A stretch of 51,821 nucleotides of DNA, taken from Macrostomum lignano. Its lineage: Eukaryota. The notes below the pieces were generated by a model, which saw only the letters and a list, made by a program, of their open reading frames with translations, searched no databases and was not told the DNA's origin. This document shows positions 25,804-38,450 of the stretch, piece by piece; positions within the stretch are counted from its first letter, which is position 1; each line of letters opens with the position of its first letter. The stretch lies in assembly GCA_002269645.1 (NCBI GenBank), contig NIVC01004284.1, forward strand, positions 1-51,821, written 5' to 3'. The translations under genes and the position numbers were made by a program.

Positions 25804-28800
25804 GGGTAAGCATATTTGTCAGTAGTTGCTGTATTGCTATAAATGCTATCATTTAAACAGAATTTTTATTGCCACATTTTTCAATTTGACAGATGAAATT
25901 TGACGCGAGGCAGCGACAGCAGAAGAGATGACAAATTTATAATTTTATTATTGCTGAATTTCTTTGATTTCTTTGGTGCGAACGAACCCTCCGCCTGCGC
26001 TTACATTGCAACAAAAAATAGTTATTAAAATTATAGAAATTTTGTTTTAATTGATGGTTGAAGATCAACGAAAAGCTCCCCGTGTGCGTCCAATATTGGA
26101 TTGCTAGATTCGTTGTTAACAGTTGCGGGAATGAATACTTAAATATTTATATTCATTGTTTTGCTTTGTTTTACTTTCTCGAGCCTTTGTTAAGCTGCTT
26201 ATTTTTATTTATATATTTTATAAAGAAACTAATTTGTGCCAGGAGTTTGCTTTGTGTCGCGTAGAGACGAAGATATTCGGAGCGTTTTGTTGTTGTTAGT
26301 AGCAATTTTTTTACAGCAAAGAGGCTCCTTGGCCGATTGCGACTCGAACGCGCCGAGGCCGAGCGTGTGTTTGCGCGTTTTTTGTGCATTTTCCGTCTAT
26401 CGAGCGACTTTCAGGGATTTTTTTCCCTAAATAACACACACAGCGAACTGGTGATGCGTCCGGCTAGGGCTGGGGTGAATTTTGTGGGTTTTTTTTCTCT
26501 TTTCTTTGTTGTCTTTTTTGCCGAATGGACAGTTTTAACTGGGCGAGTCCTTGTGCAGCTGGCTGATTGATAACTGACACCAAATGTCCCTCTATCCATC
26601 TATCCCTCTAGCACTTAGGTATGCTAACTATATCAACAGGCATTCTTTGGTCCCTTTTCTGTGCTTCCATTTGTTCTATTGTGATGGCTGGCTGTGTCAG
26701 CAACCGCCCCCTGTGGTTTTGCCCCTCAGCAGTTCAGTCAGCTCGTAGCACAGGCGTTTGACTCGGCGCCATTCGGCAAAAATCCAGCTTGCTCAGCCAG
26801 TAGACCCTGGCCCGTTGCACCGGCTCCGCTGGCCAAATACAATGTCAACTTTGTTTCTTCGTGTCTTTTGTATCTTTTTTTCAAGTTTTTTTTTTCATTT
26901 TTTGGCAAGTGTTCTGGGGCCCGACCCGATTAACGGCCCCCAGCCTTTTACACTTGCAGGCTGGTGTTGAGAACGTGTGCTAAGACAAATAGGTTTAAAA
27001 ATACTTAAATGTGAAACTTAAGAAAAAGCATTGTATTTTGTATTGAATTATATATTTTTTTTCTTACAGACTCTTCTTGGTCACGAATAGTTTTCTGCCT
27101 TTTTTATACGAAGTCTTGTGTTTTACGTAACTATATATTTGTATAAATTAATGCTTCTGTTTGCTGAAATTATAAATTACTAAAGCTTATTAATAAAATA
27201 ACGTCAAGTCCACTTACTTCGAGCATAAAGTAGAATTAACCAAAATATTATCCATAACAAAAGGCTATACTGTACTTACAAATATTATCACCTGCCTCTT
27301 CTCTTTACCTTATGAATCGGAAAGGCCCGCTTGTCGTATAATTTTCTGTCGCGCGCACCTCAATGAAAGCAAAAACAATTCTGGCACATATCCAACGCAA
27401 CCGAGTTATCATTGCCGTTTTTTAAAACAATCTCTGCTTCCGTGTGCTGACCAAGTTCAATACCAGTTATTTCAAAAGCAGAAGTTATTTAAATAAATCT
27501 GTTTTGCTAGACAGGCAAATCTCGCATCGCTTTTGCCAACTCGATCTTCCTGTCCTGAAAAAAATGTTCCGGAACTCTCTCTCTCTCTCTCCGCGTTCTC
27601 CTGTTTGCTGTGCAACGACTTTTATTATTTGTCGGTAATTTTCCTAATCGGACTTCGCGTTTCTGGCCCTCTCCTGCCCCGCTTTGTTTTGCTCTTTTTT
27701 ATTTGGTTTCTTTATTATTTTCTGTGCAAAACTACTAGGCCGTGCTCACAATATTACTTTCTGAGTAGTCTCTATGCATATACACTTGTATTTTTGTTTC
27801 TATTTGCTAGCACCTTGTCCCAAGCAATTTTTTCCCATCCTCCTGTTTTCTCCAGCCAATTTTTTTGTTCTGCAATCTGTGTTTGAATATCTTTTTTGTA
27901 CGTTTTTCCTATCTGCTAGACTATATAGAATGAATTTCTAGAGTGTCTTAAGCTAAATAATAGCGGTTTAAAAATAACCGATAAAAACAAGCCCTCCTGA
28001 AAAATCTGATACTGTGTCCCAAGTTTTAACTAGAGCTCTGTTTAAATAGTAGCTCAAAGCTGTCCCTTCTACTAGTGCTCAGAGAGCAGTGCTTTAATAT
28101 CCAATATACTGCACCGATATTCTTAATCCTTCTGTAGCCGCGCCAGTAGGTCCTGCTTTGTAAAAAATCAATAAGATATTACTATTAGTAGCTAGTTCAT
28201 GCGTTATTCTTAGCTTTATAATTTGTTATGTTTGAAGCTTCCTAAGTTTTTTCTTATTTAGCATGCCGTAATTAGTTTTTCTATCTGTTGCAGTGAAGCC
28301 TCTATCCGTAGCAAACTTATAAAACAGTTTCTCTGCTTGTTTCACCGTTTTCTGCTTTTCTATATTTCATATTTTCCTGTTCGCGATATTTTCCTTGCAG
28401 TTTCCCGATCCGATTCTCCAAAATTTGTTTCTAATTATTCTCCCACTTTTGTTTGTTCTGCCCCTTTTTTGAAACCCCCATTTCTTCTTTTCTCCAACAG
28501 CAAAGTTCAAAATTTTTAAAGCTGTAGTCGCCCCGCTTCATTCAGTAGGCAGTAGTTCAAGAAGCTCAACATTTATTAATGTAGACTATAACAGTTAAAT
28601 AAGTTATTGCCATCGTGAATTAAAGTTTACTCGCCCGCAGATTATAAGCTAAGCTAACCAAAATCGAATTCCGATGCAAGTTCAATTAGCGCTGCTCTCG
28701 CTATCTAAGTCTGAAACGCAAGCGGGCACTCAGCTTGTCAGTTATTAATATAATCTAAATCCTCTGCTAAAAATTTCTGCCGACGGATTTTTCTTATCCC

Positions 28801-29284
28801 ATTGTCAACTAACACTGTTATCAGATTCACTTGTTAATAATAAGAGCTACGTATAAGTATAAATTAAAAATCCGAACCCCTGTGTTGATCCACCTGCCAC
28901 CGGAAACAGTAAACAACATCTTATGTTTTGGTTGAAAAGAAGCTTAATAAATAAATTGAAATGTTTTTTTCAAGGAAAATTGTGACCGTTTTTCTCGTCT
29001 TCAACTTTTTTATCATTCGCATCGCTTGAAAAACAACACACAAGAAAACGTTAAAGGCATGCAAAACGAAAAAAAAACTACTAAGAAATTAAATATTATG
29101 TTATATACAATAATATTTGTTTTAAATTTAAATTTATATTAGATAGTACTCATATTTAGTATAGGTGGATGATGCAAAACTAGATCGATTCGCAATTCAG
29201 GAAGCGTGATGCACGTGCATAGATATAGATAACCGATTACTAAGAGCTTCTTCACGGCAATCGATTCCAGAACGAAAAAAAGCA

Positions 29285-30705
29285 GTATAACTATTTAACT
29301 TTCTTGAATGTTTGACTGCCTTAACAGCCTCACTTTGCACAATTTTTCACTTTCTTCTTGGCTTTTGCCATTCAATAATCACAATTTTAAAGCACTAATA
29401 TCCCTCTAGTTTAGGAGACAAAAAGTTATACTTTACAAAATGGTTCTGGTTCTAGAACCAGAACAAGCAAAATGAAGAGCCTCTAAGCGAAGTAAGCTTA
29501 AGCGTAAAGCTTGCTTGTTCTGTAAAGTAAACATACTTTAAGCTTAAAAGCTAAGCGAATTTCTATCATATATACGTTAATTTTGTAGTTCTTAGAATTT
29601 ACATGCAGATAATTTATCAGTTAGGAAGAAATCAAGGGAGGGTTTTGCTGGTTGAGCAAGTGAGCAATTTGAGAGGTTAAGGGTATTTACAGTGCAGCTA
29701 CATGTACATCTCAATATACTAAACATTCTATATTACATGTTTTGTTTGATGCGCATATGAAATATACCCATTTTTAGTCAGTGAATGTAAAGACGAACTT
29801 TTAGGACAGCCTATTTAGATGCTATCCTGCATTCCGTCATATAACATTGTAATGCATTCATATGTTCGGTCTGTACAGCAAAATCTCATTCGTTTCGTTG
29901 ATACTTTTAAAAAAACTGTGAGCATAATAACAAACAAATGTTAATACAAATGGGCTTAAATCCTTTTAAATTTTTTTTGATTTACGTTAGAGTATTTTAA
30001 GCTTTATTATGCTTGTAATTAATAGACCTATAGTTTAGTGTAATTTGCAGTTTAAAATTCGACCGAGTAATACCGGGTGATAATTAAGCTGGGTCTCCCT
30101 AAAACACGCACCGCACCGCCCCGAACCGCTACACATTATAACATTTTTTGTCAATGCAGTATTTGATTGCAAAGAAAACTATTTGTTGTACGAGTAATGG
30201 AATAAATATCTTTAATTATTATTATAAATATTGTTATTATTTTTTATATTCTCGTTTTCAATATTAAATTATATTATTATTTTTTTATTAATATTATTAA
30301 TAATATCACTTCTTATTCACCGAATTTTATATTTTATAGTAAAAAACTTAATTTAATAAAAACTTTGAAGCTTAACAGAAAACGCATTTTGAAGTGTCTT
30401 CAGTTATAGTCCAATTTGTTTTAATGTGTAGCGCTGCAGGGCGGTGCGGGGCGTGTTTTAGTGAGACCCGACCCCTTAACTTTCATAGACAGTGGGCCTT
30501 TTGCCTTTTAATATTGCTTGTTCTGGTTCTTCCAGATCCAAATTGTAGAGTATAACTTTTTGTCCCCTTAACTAGAGGAATATACGTGCTATAAACTTTG
30601 TAGCTTTTGAATTGCAATAGCCCAGAAGAAAGTGAAAAATTGTACAAAAGAGGCTATTGTTAAGGCAGGTTCAAACATTCAGCAAAGTTAAATAGTTAGT
30701 TATAC
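29285..30705. repeat. Diverged ~190-bp inverted repeat pair (29285-29470 / 30514-30705), probable old foldback/TIR element
   Basis: GTATAACTATTTAACTTT...GTTATACTTTACAAAATGG...AGAACCAGAACAAGCAA aligns with the reverse complement of 30514-30705; outer ends and TSD not identified. Confidence 0.7.
30088..30475. mobile_element. Non-autonomous TIR element flanked by TTAA (Kolobok-like termini), nested in the larger inverted repeat
   Basis: ~58-bp imperfect TIR GGGTCTC(C/A)CTAAAACACGC(A/C)CCGCACCGCCC...CGCTACACATTA; TTAA at 30084-30087 and 30476-30479; right end reads TTAA-GGGGTC on the - strand. Confidence 0.7.
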
Positions 30706-31705
30706 TTTTTATAGGCCTACTGCCAAATAAAAATCGAACCAAATCGATTCTGGTTCTGGAATCGGTAATATGAAAATCCTAATTATAAAAACATTAGCTT
30801 TGGCTCATAATGTTGGAATGCATTAAAAAATGAACAATTTATTAGGCCTAATTTTTGTTAAATTATTGCTATTGCTTACATTAACAGCTATGTGTTGATA
30901 AATCAACAAAACTATTTCCTTTTTGTGTACAAGCATTGAAACTACTAGTACCAGGCCCCTACTAAATAGGTGAAAGGCCTAAGGCTAAGACAAGTAGGCC
31001 TGTAATAGCTATATTACATTATAAAAAACAGAGTGCTATTATTAAAGAGCATCTATCTACCTAGATGCAAATTATATATTTTATCAAGATGGGGCACCTT
31101 CAACATAGCCAAAGGTAGGCCTATATACAACTGTAGGCTATAAAAATTCTAGCAAAAATTTGTAGCTAGGCCTATAACAAAGCCTAGATATCAAATTGTT
31201 TGACTAGCCCATCATATCTTGTAACATAACATTTAGTAGCTTTTCTATCTTTCCTAAAGATAGAAATTATCTTAGCCTAATTATCTTTTTCTTTCTTTCT
31301 ATATCTTACTATAAAATTACTTTTTTTATCATATGGTTATTGTTTATCAGTATCAATGTCTAGAATTTTATCTACTTTAATTAACTTTTTAATTTTTTTA
31401 AACATTTTAAGCCATATTCAAGAATATCTCAATCTTAATATCAATGACTATAAGAAATTAAATGATATAGTAAGATATAATATTCTATTATAAACAATAT
31501 TATATATGACATAGTTCAAAAGGCAATATGTATACTAGGATTTCCTAGTATATAATAAAGGTATTTGCCATTTTCTAATATATATCAGTGTATATTCTAG
31601 ATACATAATACAGTGGTAAATTTTTGGCTTAAATTTATAGTTAGGATACTACAAAAAATGATGAATTTATATTAGATATACTATATGCAACATCATTAAA
31701 ATGTC

Positions 31706-32292
31706 CCCAAATCTCCCCAAAGACAGTCGCCATGGATAATCTCCCAATCGCAGTCGCCCTGGATAATCTCCTCAAAGACAGTCGCCCTGGATAATCTCCC
31801 AATGGCAGTCGCCCTGGATAATCTCCCCAAAGACAGTCGCCCTGGATAATCTCCAATGGCAGTTGCCCTGGATAATCTCCCCAAAGACAGTCGCCCTGGA
31901 TAATCTCCCCAATGGCAGTCGCCCTGGATAATCTCCCCAATGGCAGTCGCCCTGGATAATCTCCCAATGGCAGTCGCCCTGGATAATCTCCCCAATCAGA
32001 GTTGCCCTAGATAATATCCCCAAAAACAGTCGCCCTGGATAATCTCTCCAATCAGAGTTGCCCTAGATAATATCCCCAAAAACAGTCGTCCTGGATTATC
32101 TTCCCAAAGACAGTCGCCCTGAATAATCTCCCTAATCACAGTCCCCCTTCACGAGAGTCATTCTGGATAGTCTCTGCAATGGCAGTCGCCCTGGATAATC
32201 TCCCCACTGAGAGTCATTCTGGATAATCTCCTCAATAAGAGTCGCTCTGGATAATCTTCCAATGACAGTCGCTCTGGATAATCTCCCACTGA
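31706..32292. repeat. ~31-32-bp tandem minisatellite (CAGTCGCCCTGGATAATCTCCCCAATGG/AAAGA)n
   Basis: Direct reading; copies degrade toward 32290; explains the GDYPGRL ORFs. Confidence 0.93.
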
Positions 32293-32345
32293 CAGTGGGT
32301 ACTCCTACACCACACGCGACATCTCCTTGAGAAAAATCACCCTAA

Positions 32346-35184
32346 AGTCGCCCCGGCACTCGGGCATTCCTGCCTCGCAACACTCTGGCGAGCTGCAACT
32401 CCCAGCAGTCTCAGCGTCAGCGGCCGTCTGCGGCGCCCATAGTCGATGAATTCGACGGTGGCTGCGACGAGGACATCAGCGAGCTGAATGGCGAGCTGCA
32501 TAATTTCATCACCAGACTAGACGAGGCCTCAATCGTATACGTGAACAAGCCGCCAAAGCTGCTGCAAGATCGCTATTTAGTAGATGAGAAATTAGGCGAA
32601 GGCTCCTACGGCAAGGTGAAGCTGTGCGTTGACAGACAGACTGGCGACCGGCTAGCCGTGAAGATTGTGACAATCAGGCTGGTGCGCAAGATTCCGCAGG
32701 GTCTGGAGACTGTTGAGCGAGAGGCCGCCACAATGCGCCAGCTGAAGCACGTCAATACCGTCAGGTTGTACGCCGATTTCTCCGACGAGCAGTGCCAGAA
32801 ACGCTACCTAGTGATGGAGTTTGCCGTCTGCAGCATCCACGACCTGCAGTCCAAGGGCATGACAATGGATGCCGAATATTTCCGCTGCCTGCCGGAGTCG
32901 CAGGCGCGGCACTATTTTGCCCAGCTATTAGACGGCGTTGAATATTTGCATAATCTGCGCATTGTTCACAAAGATCTGAAGCCGGGCAATTTGCTGCTCA
33001 CAGCCGATCACACGGTTAAGATTACCGATTTTGGCGTTTGCGAGCAGCTGCCGGAGAGTGCGCTTGACGATACCATCACTGGCACTCAGGCTACACCTGC
33101 TATTCAACCGCCTGAGGTGAGTGTAGTTGGGCAAGGAGTTCTCCATGACTACTAAATGACAAACTTTTCACATTTCTGTCAGAGCTGCGAATAACGCAAC
33201 CGGCTATTGAGTATTTGGTGACATTTAAAATCCGAGTAAATTCTCGCAACCGGCTCTTGAGTATTTGGTCACACTTAAAATCCGAGTAAATTCTCGCAAC
33301 CGGCTCTTGAGTATTTGGTGACATTTAAAATCCGAGTAAATTCTCGCAACCGGCTCTTGAGTATTTGGTCACACTTAAAATCCGAGTAAATTCTCGCAAC
33401 CGGCTCTTGGAGTATTTGGTCACACTTAAAATCCGAGTAAATTCTCGCAACCGGCTCTTGAGTATTTGGTCACATTTAAAATCCGAGTAAATTCTCGCAA
33501 CCCCGGCTCTTGGAGTGTTTGGTCACACTTAAAATCCGAGTAAATTCTCGCAACCGGCTCTTGAGTATTTGGTGACATTTAAAATCCGAGTAAATTCTCG
33601 CAACCGGCTCTTGAGTATTTGGTCACACTTAAAATCCGAGTAAATTCTCGCAACCGGCTCTTGAGTATTTGGTCACATTTAAAATCCGAGTAAATTCTCG
33701 CAACCGGCTCTTGAGTATTTGGTCACATTTAAAATCCGAGTAAATTCTCGCAACCGGCTCTTGAGTATTTGGTCAGATTTAAAATCCCAGTAAATTCTCG
33801 CAACCGGCTCTTGAGTATTTGGTCAGATTTAAAATCCCAGTAAATTCTCGCAACCGGCTCTCGAGCCACTTTAATCTGACGGCTGCAACTCTTGGGCCCA
33901 GTTATAGCCGTCCGTTAGGCATGGAGCCACCAAAACTGCAACCGCCTGACCGTTGTAACCCGGAGAGCAGTTCACTAGAATGATGTTTAAAGAGGTGCAT
34001 CGGGTCGTGGGTCCGGTGCCGGGCAGTGAGAGGGGGTTCGCCGAACTTTTGCGCGAGCTCATGACTGCAGGCCTGCGCCCTCCCCCGAGCTGCTACTTTG
34101 CCAGTTGGCCACACCAGCAGGTCGCTTGACAGCACGTTGAGGTGAGCAGCTCTAAGCCAAGCTGCTCAAGTATTCAGTCATCATCCAGACGCCGTCGTCT
34201 CCTTCAACTGGTGACACAAAGTCTCAAGGAAAATCCCCCCTCCCATGGTAGTTCGACGGGTGGAAAAACGGCTTTGTATTTTTACTTAATGAAGAGCCTA
34301 GATTTGAGGCGGGCGGTCTAGCGCGGCACTCTTATGTCAGTCACATTAATTTGGGTTAAATTGGGATCTCGGCTTGGCTCTGCTCGTGCAATTAATGCCC
34401 TTAAGGGCCAACCCCCAAGGCACAGTGAAGTGTACATGCCTAAGGATAAATAAAGTTAGGGCCGCTGCACCCAGGTACATAAGAGCCAATTAAAATTGGT
34501 GAACTGGGCCAGCCTGGGTTAAATTGTGCCAATTTATACCAAACAAACCAGGTTGCGGACGGCAGCAAGCAGTTCTCCGGCTTCCGCCTGGACATCTATT
34601 GCGCCGGCGTGTGCCTGTACTTTATGGTGTGCGGCCGAGTGCCCTACAGGGAGAAGAATGTGCTGCTAATCTACGAGCGGATAGCCGAGGGTCGCTACAC
34701 CATCGAGAGCTGGGTTAGCGAGGCCTGCCAGCAGCTGATCGGGGCTCTCATGGCCTACAAGGCGACAGACAGGCCGGATCCGGCCAAGGCCAGGCAGTTC
34801 GATTGGCTTCAGAATCAGTCGGCGGCGCCAGTGCCCGGCCAGGATTGGATCCGGCTGGAGTCAGTCTGCGAAGTGGAAGACGCCGCGGCCACCGTTGCCA
34901 GGGTCCGGCAGGCATTCGAGGAACGAATGCACCGGCGCTCGCAGTACGAGACGCATGGGCTTAGCCTGGCCTCTGAGGCGGCGCTGACTAGCGAACAGCC
35001 GGACGACATTCTGGCCACTGACGACGAGGACGACGGCATCGATTTCAAAGCCGGCGGCGCCCGCTGCGGCCAGGCCTCCTCTGGCGCCTCCGCGTGCAGC
35101 GAAGCTCCGCCAGCCCCGCAGCCGCCAGCCGCCGCTCCCGCCGCCTCCACGGGTCGGAAGAAGCGGCGCTGCTGCCTATCCTAG
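32346..35184 (+). CDS. STK11: LKB1/STK11-like serine/threonine kinase (5' start not located)
   Basis: Frame open from 32346; FITRLDEASIVY, LGEGSYGKVK, AVKI, YLVMEF, HKDLKPGNLLL, DFG, QATPAIQPPE; intron 33117-34551 (GTGAGT...ACCAG); second exon VADGSKQFSGFRLDIYCAGV matches LKB1 IANG..FSGFKVDIWSAGV; ends in polybasic GRKKRR + CAAX-type CCLS. Confidence 0.85.
33192..33862. repeat. 50-bp tandem minisatellite (AACCGGCTCTTGAGTATTTGGTCACACTTAAAATCCGAGTAAATTCTCGC)n, about 13 copies, in kinase intron
   Basis: Direct reading; period 50. Confidence 0.96.
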
Positions 35185-38089
35185 TTAGTGTTTTCTAAAA
35201 AAATAATAATAACTATAATAGTAAATTAGATGATCTTCGTACTTGATAAACTGATTCAATTGATTGCGTTGTTTGCTGGACCGCAGCTGATGCTAAACTA
35301 ATTATTTATATATTTAGCTCTCTATTTTTTCTGTTCTTAACACTGCTCGAAAATAAACAGACCGAATCGGAGTATTTTCCTATCTACTTACAGTAGCGAG
35401 ATGTACTTACTATTTGCGCGACTATCCGCTGTTAAGTTATGGATTTAGTGCATCGCGATTATTTGAATTCTTCATCTGGCCTCCTCGTGCAATACCTATT
35501 ATAGTTAGCAGAGATGAATAATAACTATTATTTATTTATCAGCCTGTGTCCCGAATAAATAAAGCTAACTATGAATAATATATGGTTTGTTGTGTAAAGA
35601 TGCGACTCCCGGTGACTATTTCTATTATTACTACACAACTTATATTTTTTGTAACCACAGATCCACAGAAGATAAATCTATTTCACTAAAGCCAGCGCAG
35701 GCGGTTTATTGACAAAAAATGCTGTTAATAATTAGCACTACTATTTGTAAAACACAGCACCGATGTATTAATAATCATTGTTATTGGCAGATAGAGTTTC
35801 CTTTTCCCCCTTAATCATTCCCCCTTGTGTTGTCCGATTTTCAACCTATAAATATATGCAAATAATTTTCATACTAAACTTTGTATTCATTCTGTGTGTA
35901 CTTGTACAGCATGCGTGTATATATATTATATATACTAGAACCATATAAAGTTCCAGTGTCTGCTCGCACTGTGCTGAGGGCTGAGCGCTCAACTATATAT
36001 ATATTTTGTTAGTAACTCTTTAACTTCCCTAGCAGCCTTTCCCGTTTTTAACTATCATTATTAACTATTGTACCGATTTTCCTAACTGCTCTACTATTAG
36101 TAGCAATTGCCGTTTTTTAATCACATATTTGTGCTGCATCAGTCAAGCCACTAACTTACCGCTTTAGCCTGCTCTGTGTTATACTATATATTGTTGTGTT
36201 ATGATCAAGTTAGTTCCGATTGAAAGCACATCAAGGCAGTTTATAGAAGACTTATAATATAGTATAGAGACTATTATGATATTGTGTTAGTTCATTTCTA
36301 TTCGAAAGACCGTCATATTTATGGATGGCTAGTTGAATTAAAAAGAATCCAATAATGATATAAACTCTTCAACTGAATCTTCTAATATTAAATCCCGTTC
36401 CAAGACCTTTCTCTGGCAAAAATATTTTAGTCTACTGACTAAGTAGTAGAAAGCATGGTCTTTTTTGACTGATAAAAACTCACCAGAGATAACTGATGCC
36501 TCATGTTTTTATTCTAAGTTTCTTGGTGTAAAGAAGCAAAATGATTCGACCCAATCATTTATAATTATTTTTTCCATTTCTTCTATTTAAACTGAGAACA
36601 GTTATTATATTGAATTCAATTTAGTTTCTTGTGCTGTTATTTTGTTTAAAGTTGTATTCTTATACTATATATAATATATATTAGCTTTGCTATAACGCAA
36701 ATTTGATTTAACAGTTTATTAAATTTAATTGTTTCCTATTCCGCTTCTACCATCGAGAAAGTTCATATAGTATTTAGTATTTTTCCGAATCATTTTATAA
36801 TAGGCCTTTGTCCTCATATTTTTATTAATAAAAATAATGCTCCATATACTACTACTGCTAGTGGCGCGCGTGATCTTTCATAAACTTCCATACTCATTCC
36901 TGCGCTTGTTTCTCTCGCGAGGCTTATTTTTTTCTCTAGCTAGACAGCTAATATTGGAGAACACGAAGGCTGGCTTCATTGAGGACAGCGTGTACTTACT
37001 TGAGTTGCTGTACCGATTATAAATGGTGCTCCATCTAGACGCCACAATGTCTGAGCCAGATACTGAGCAATAAATTTATTAGTAGATGGACTTCATCGCA
37101 ATGTATTAATTACTATGATATCTCAATATGCAAAGGCCGGGTCAGCGTAGCTCGATTCAGTCTAGTGTGTACGAGTGCGCGTGCCCGCGTACAAATTGAC
37201 TCGCTTGTAGAGGTCTGTGCTCAACGAATGGGTAGAATTGCCTAACCACTAGCTGGTGCGCTTTCATATCTCCGGCACTTCACATGCACACATGTATACT
37301 CAGCAACAGTCAAAAGTTCCACCCTCCAAGCGAGATGATTTTTTTCACTTTTTGCGAGTGACGCAATCTACTACGCACGTTCGAAAAGAAAATCCAGAAT
37401 GTTCAATGTTCAAACTCCATTCTAGCCATTGAAAACGCTTGGTAGCAGCTTCCCCAAGACTTTCCTCATCCTGGGATGCCCCGCAGAGTCGCCGCACTTC
37501 TGCGTGCGAGGGGATCCCATACGCGTTATTAAGCATCGCATTGCATAAATATAAACTGTTATCATTTTGTGCAACTGACTTTTGTTATTGATTCAATCAA
37601 CTTTCCCTTCCTCACGGCGGCTTAGTTGCGTAACTTGAGGGTTGAATTGTGAGTGAGAAATTGTCGCAATAAGTGAGAAATTTTTCATCTCGCTTGGAGA
37701 GTGGAACTTTTGACTGTTGCTGAGTACATCTGATATCTCCGACAAGCTTCACCCTAAGCCTAGCGGATGCTGTTTCGGAGATATGAAGTTCCCATAGGTA
37801 TGAAGCGTCGGAGAACTGCTTTTCAGAGATATGAAACCCCCGCTCGCTGTGGGACGATATCAAGGATGGACATGGACTGCACCATGGTGTCCCCAACCCT
37901 CTTGTAAAAATTTACTTTTACATACAGAGGTACAAAAATTTACACCAGTCCTGAACCAATGCTATAAGTACGAGCTAAGAGAACGTAACACTTCGGAATG
38001 ATGCAACATCTATATTGGAGGAACCTATTTTTCTCTAAAATGCCTCAGGAAGTTTTCCGATGTTTTTAGCACGAAATTGACTGTTATTC

Positions 38090-38450
38090 GGACGGACGAT
38101 TCGGTGTGATGCGATTCGCTGGCCTGCTGCGCGCCGCTTTCAAAATCGGCTTCGAGCATGTCACCAATGCGACACTCTATCGCCGCGCCGGGCCTGTCCC
38201 GTCCCAGCGACCTGTTGCGCCGTCGGCGACTCCAGCTGGCGAGCCGTATCATCCGAGCCAAGTCGTACTGCCCGCAACCGGTAGGAGAAGCACCCTACCA
38301 GCGCGGGCAGGCGCGCACCCAGCGTGTCTACTGGCTGATGCCGGCGCCCCGGACACTGCCGGCGTTCTCGCCCAGGCCCTGAAATGCGACCTATGACATT
38401 GTCTCACGCCTGACTGGCTGACAATGCATTTTGTTGTTGTTGTTGTTATT
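38090..38450 (+). mobile_element. 5'-truncated, frameshifted 3' fragment of a LINE (RTE/L2-group-like ORF2 C-terminus) with (TTG)n tail
   Basis: Stitching two frames gives LLRAAFKIGFEHVTNATLYRRAG-LSRPSDLLRRRRLQLASRIIR...RGQARTQR..CLLADAGAPD, matching the LLR....W...VTN.ELY......I..RRL..AGH..R pattern of LINE ORF2 C-termini; (TTG)5 at ~38431-38447. Confidence 0.7.
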
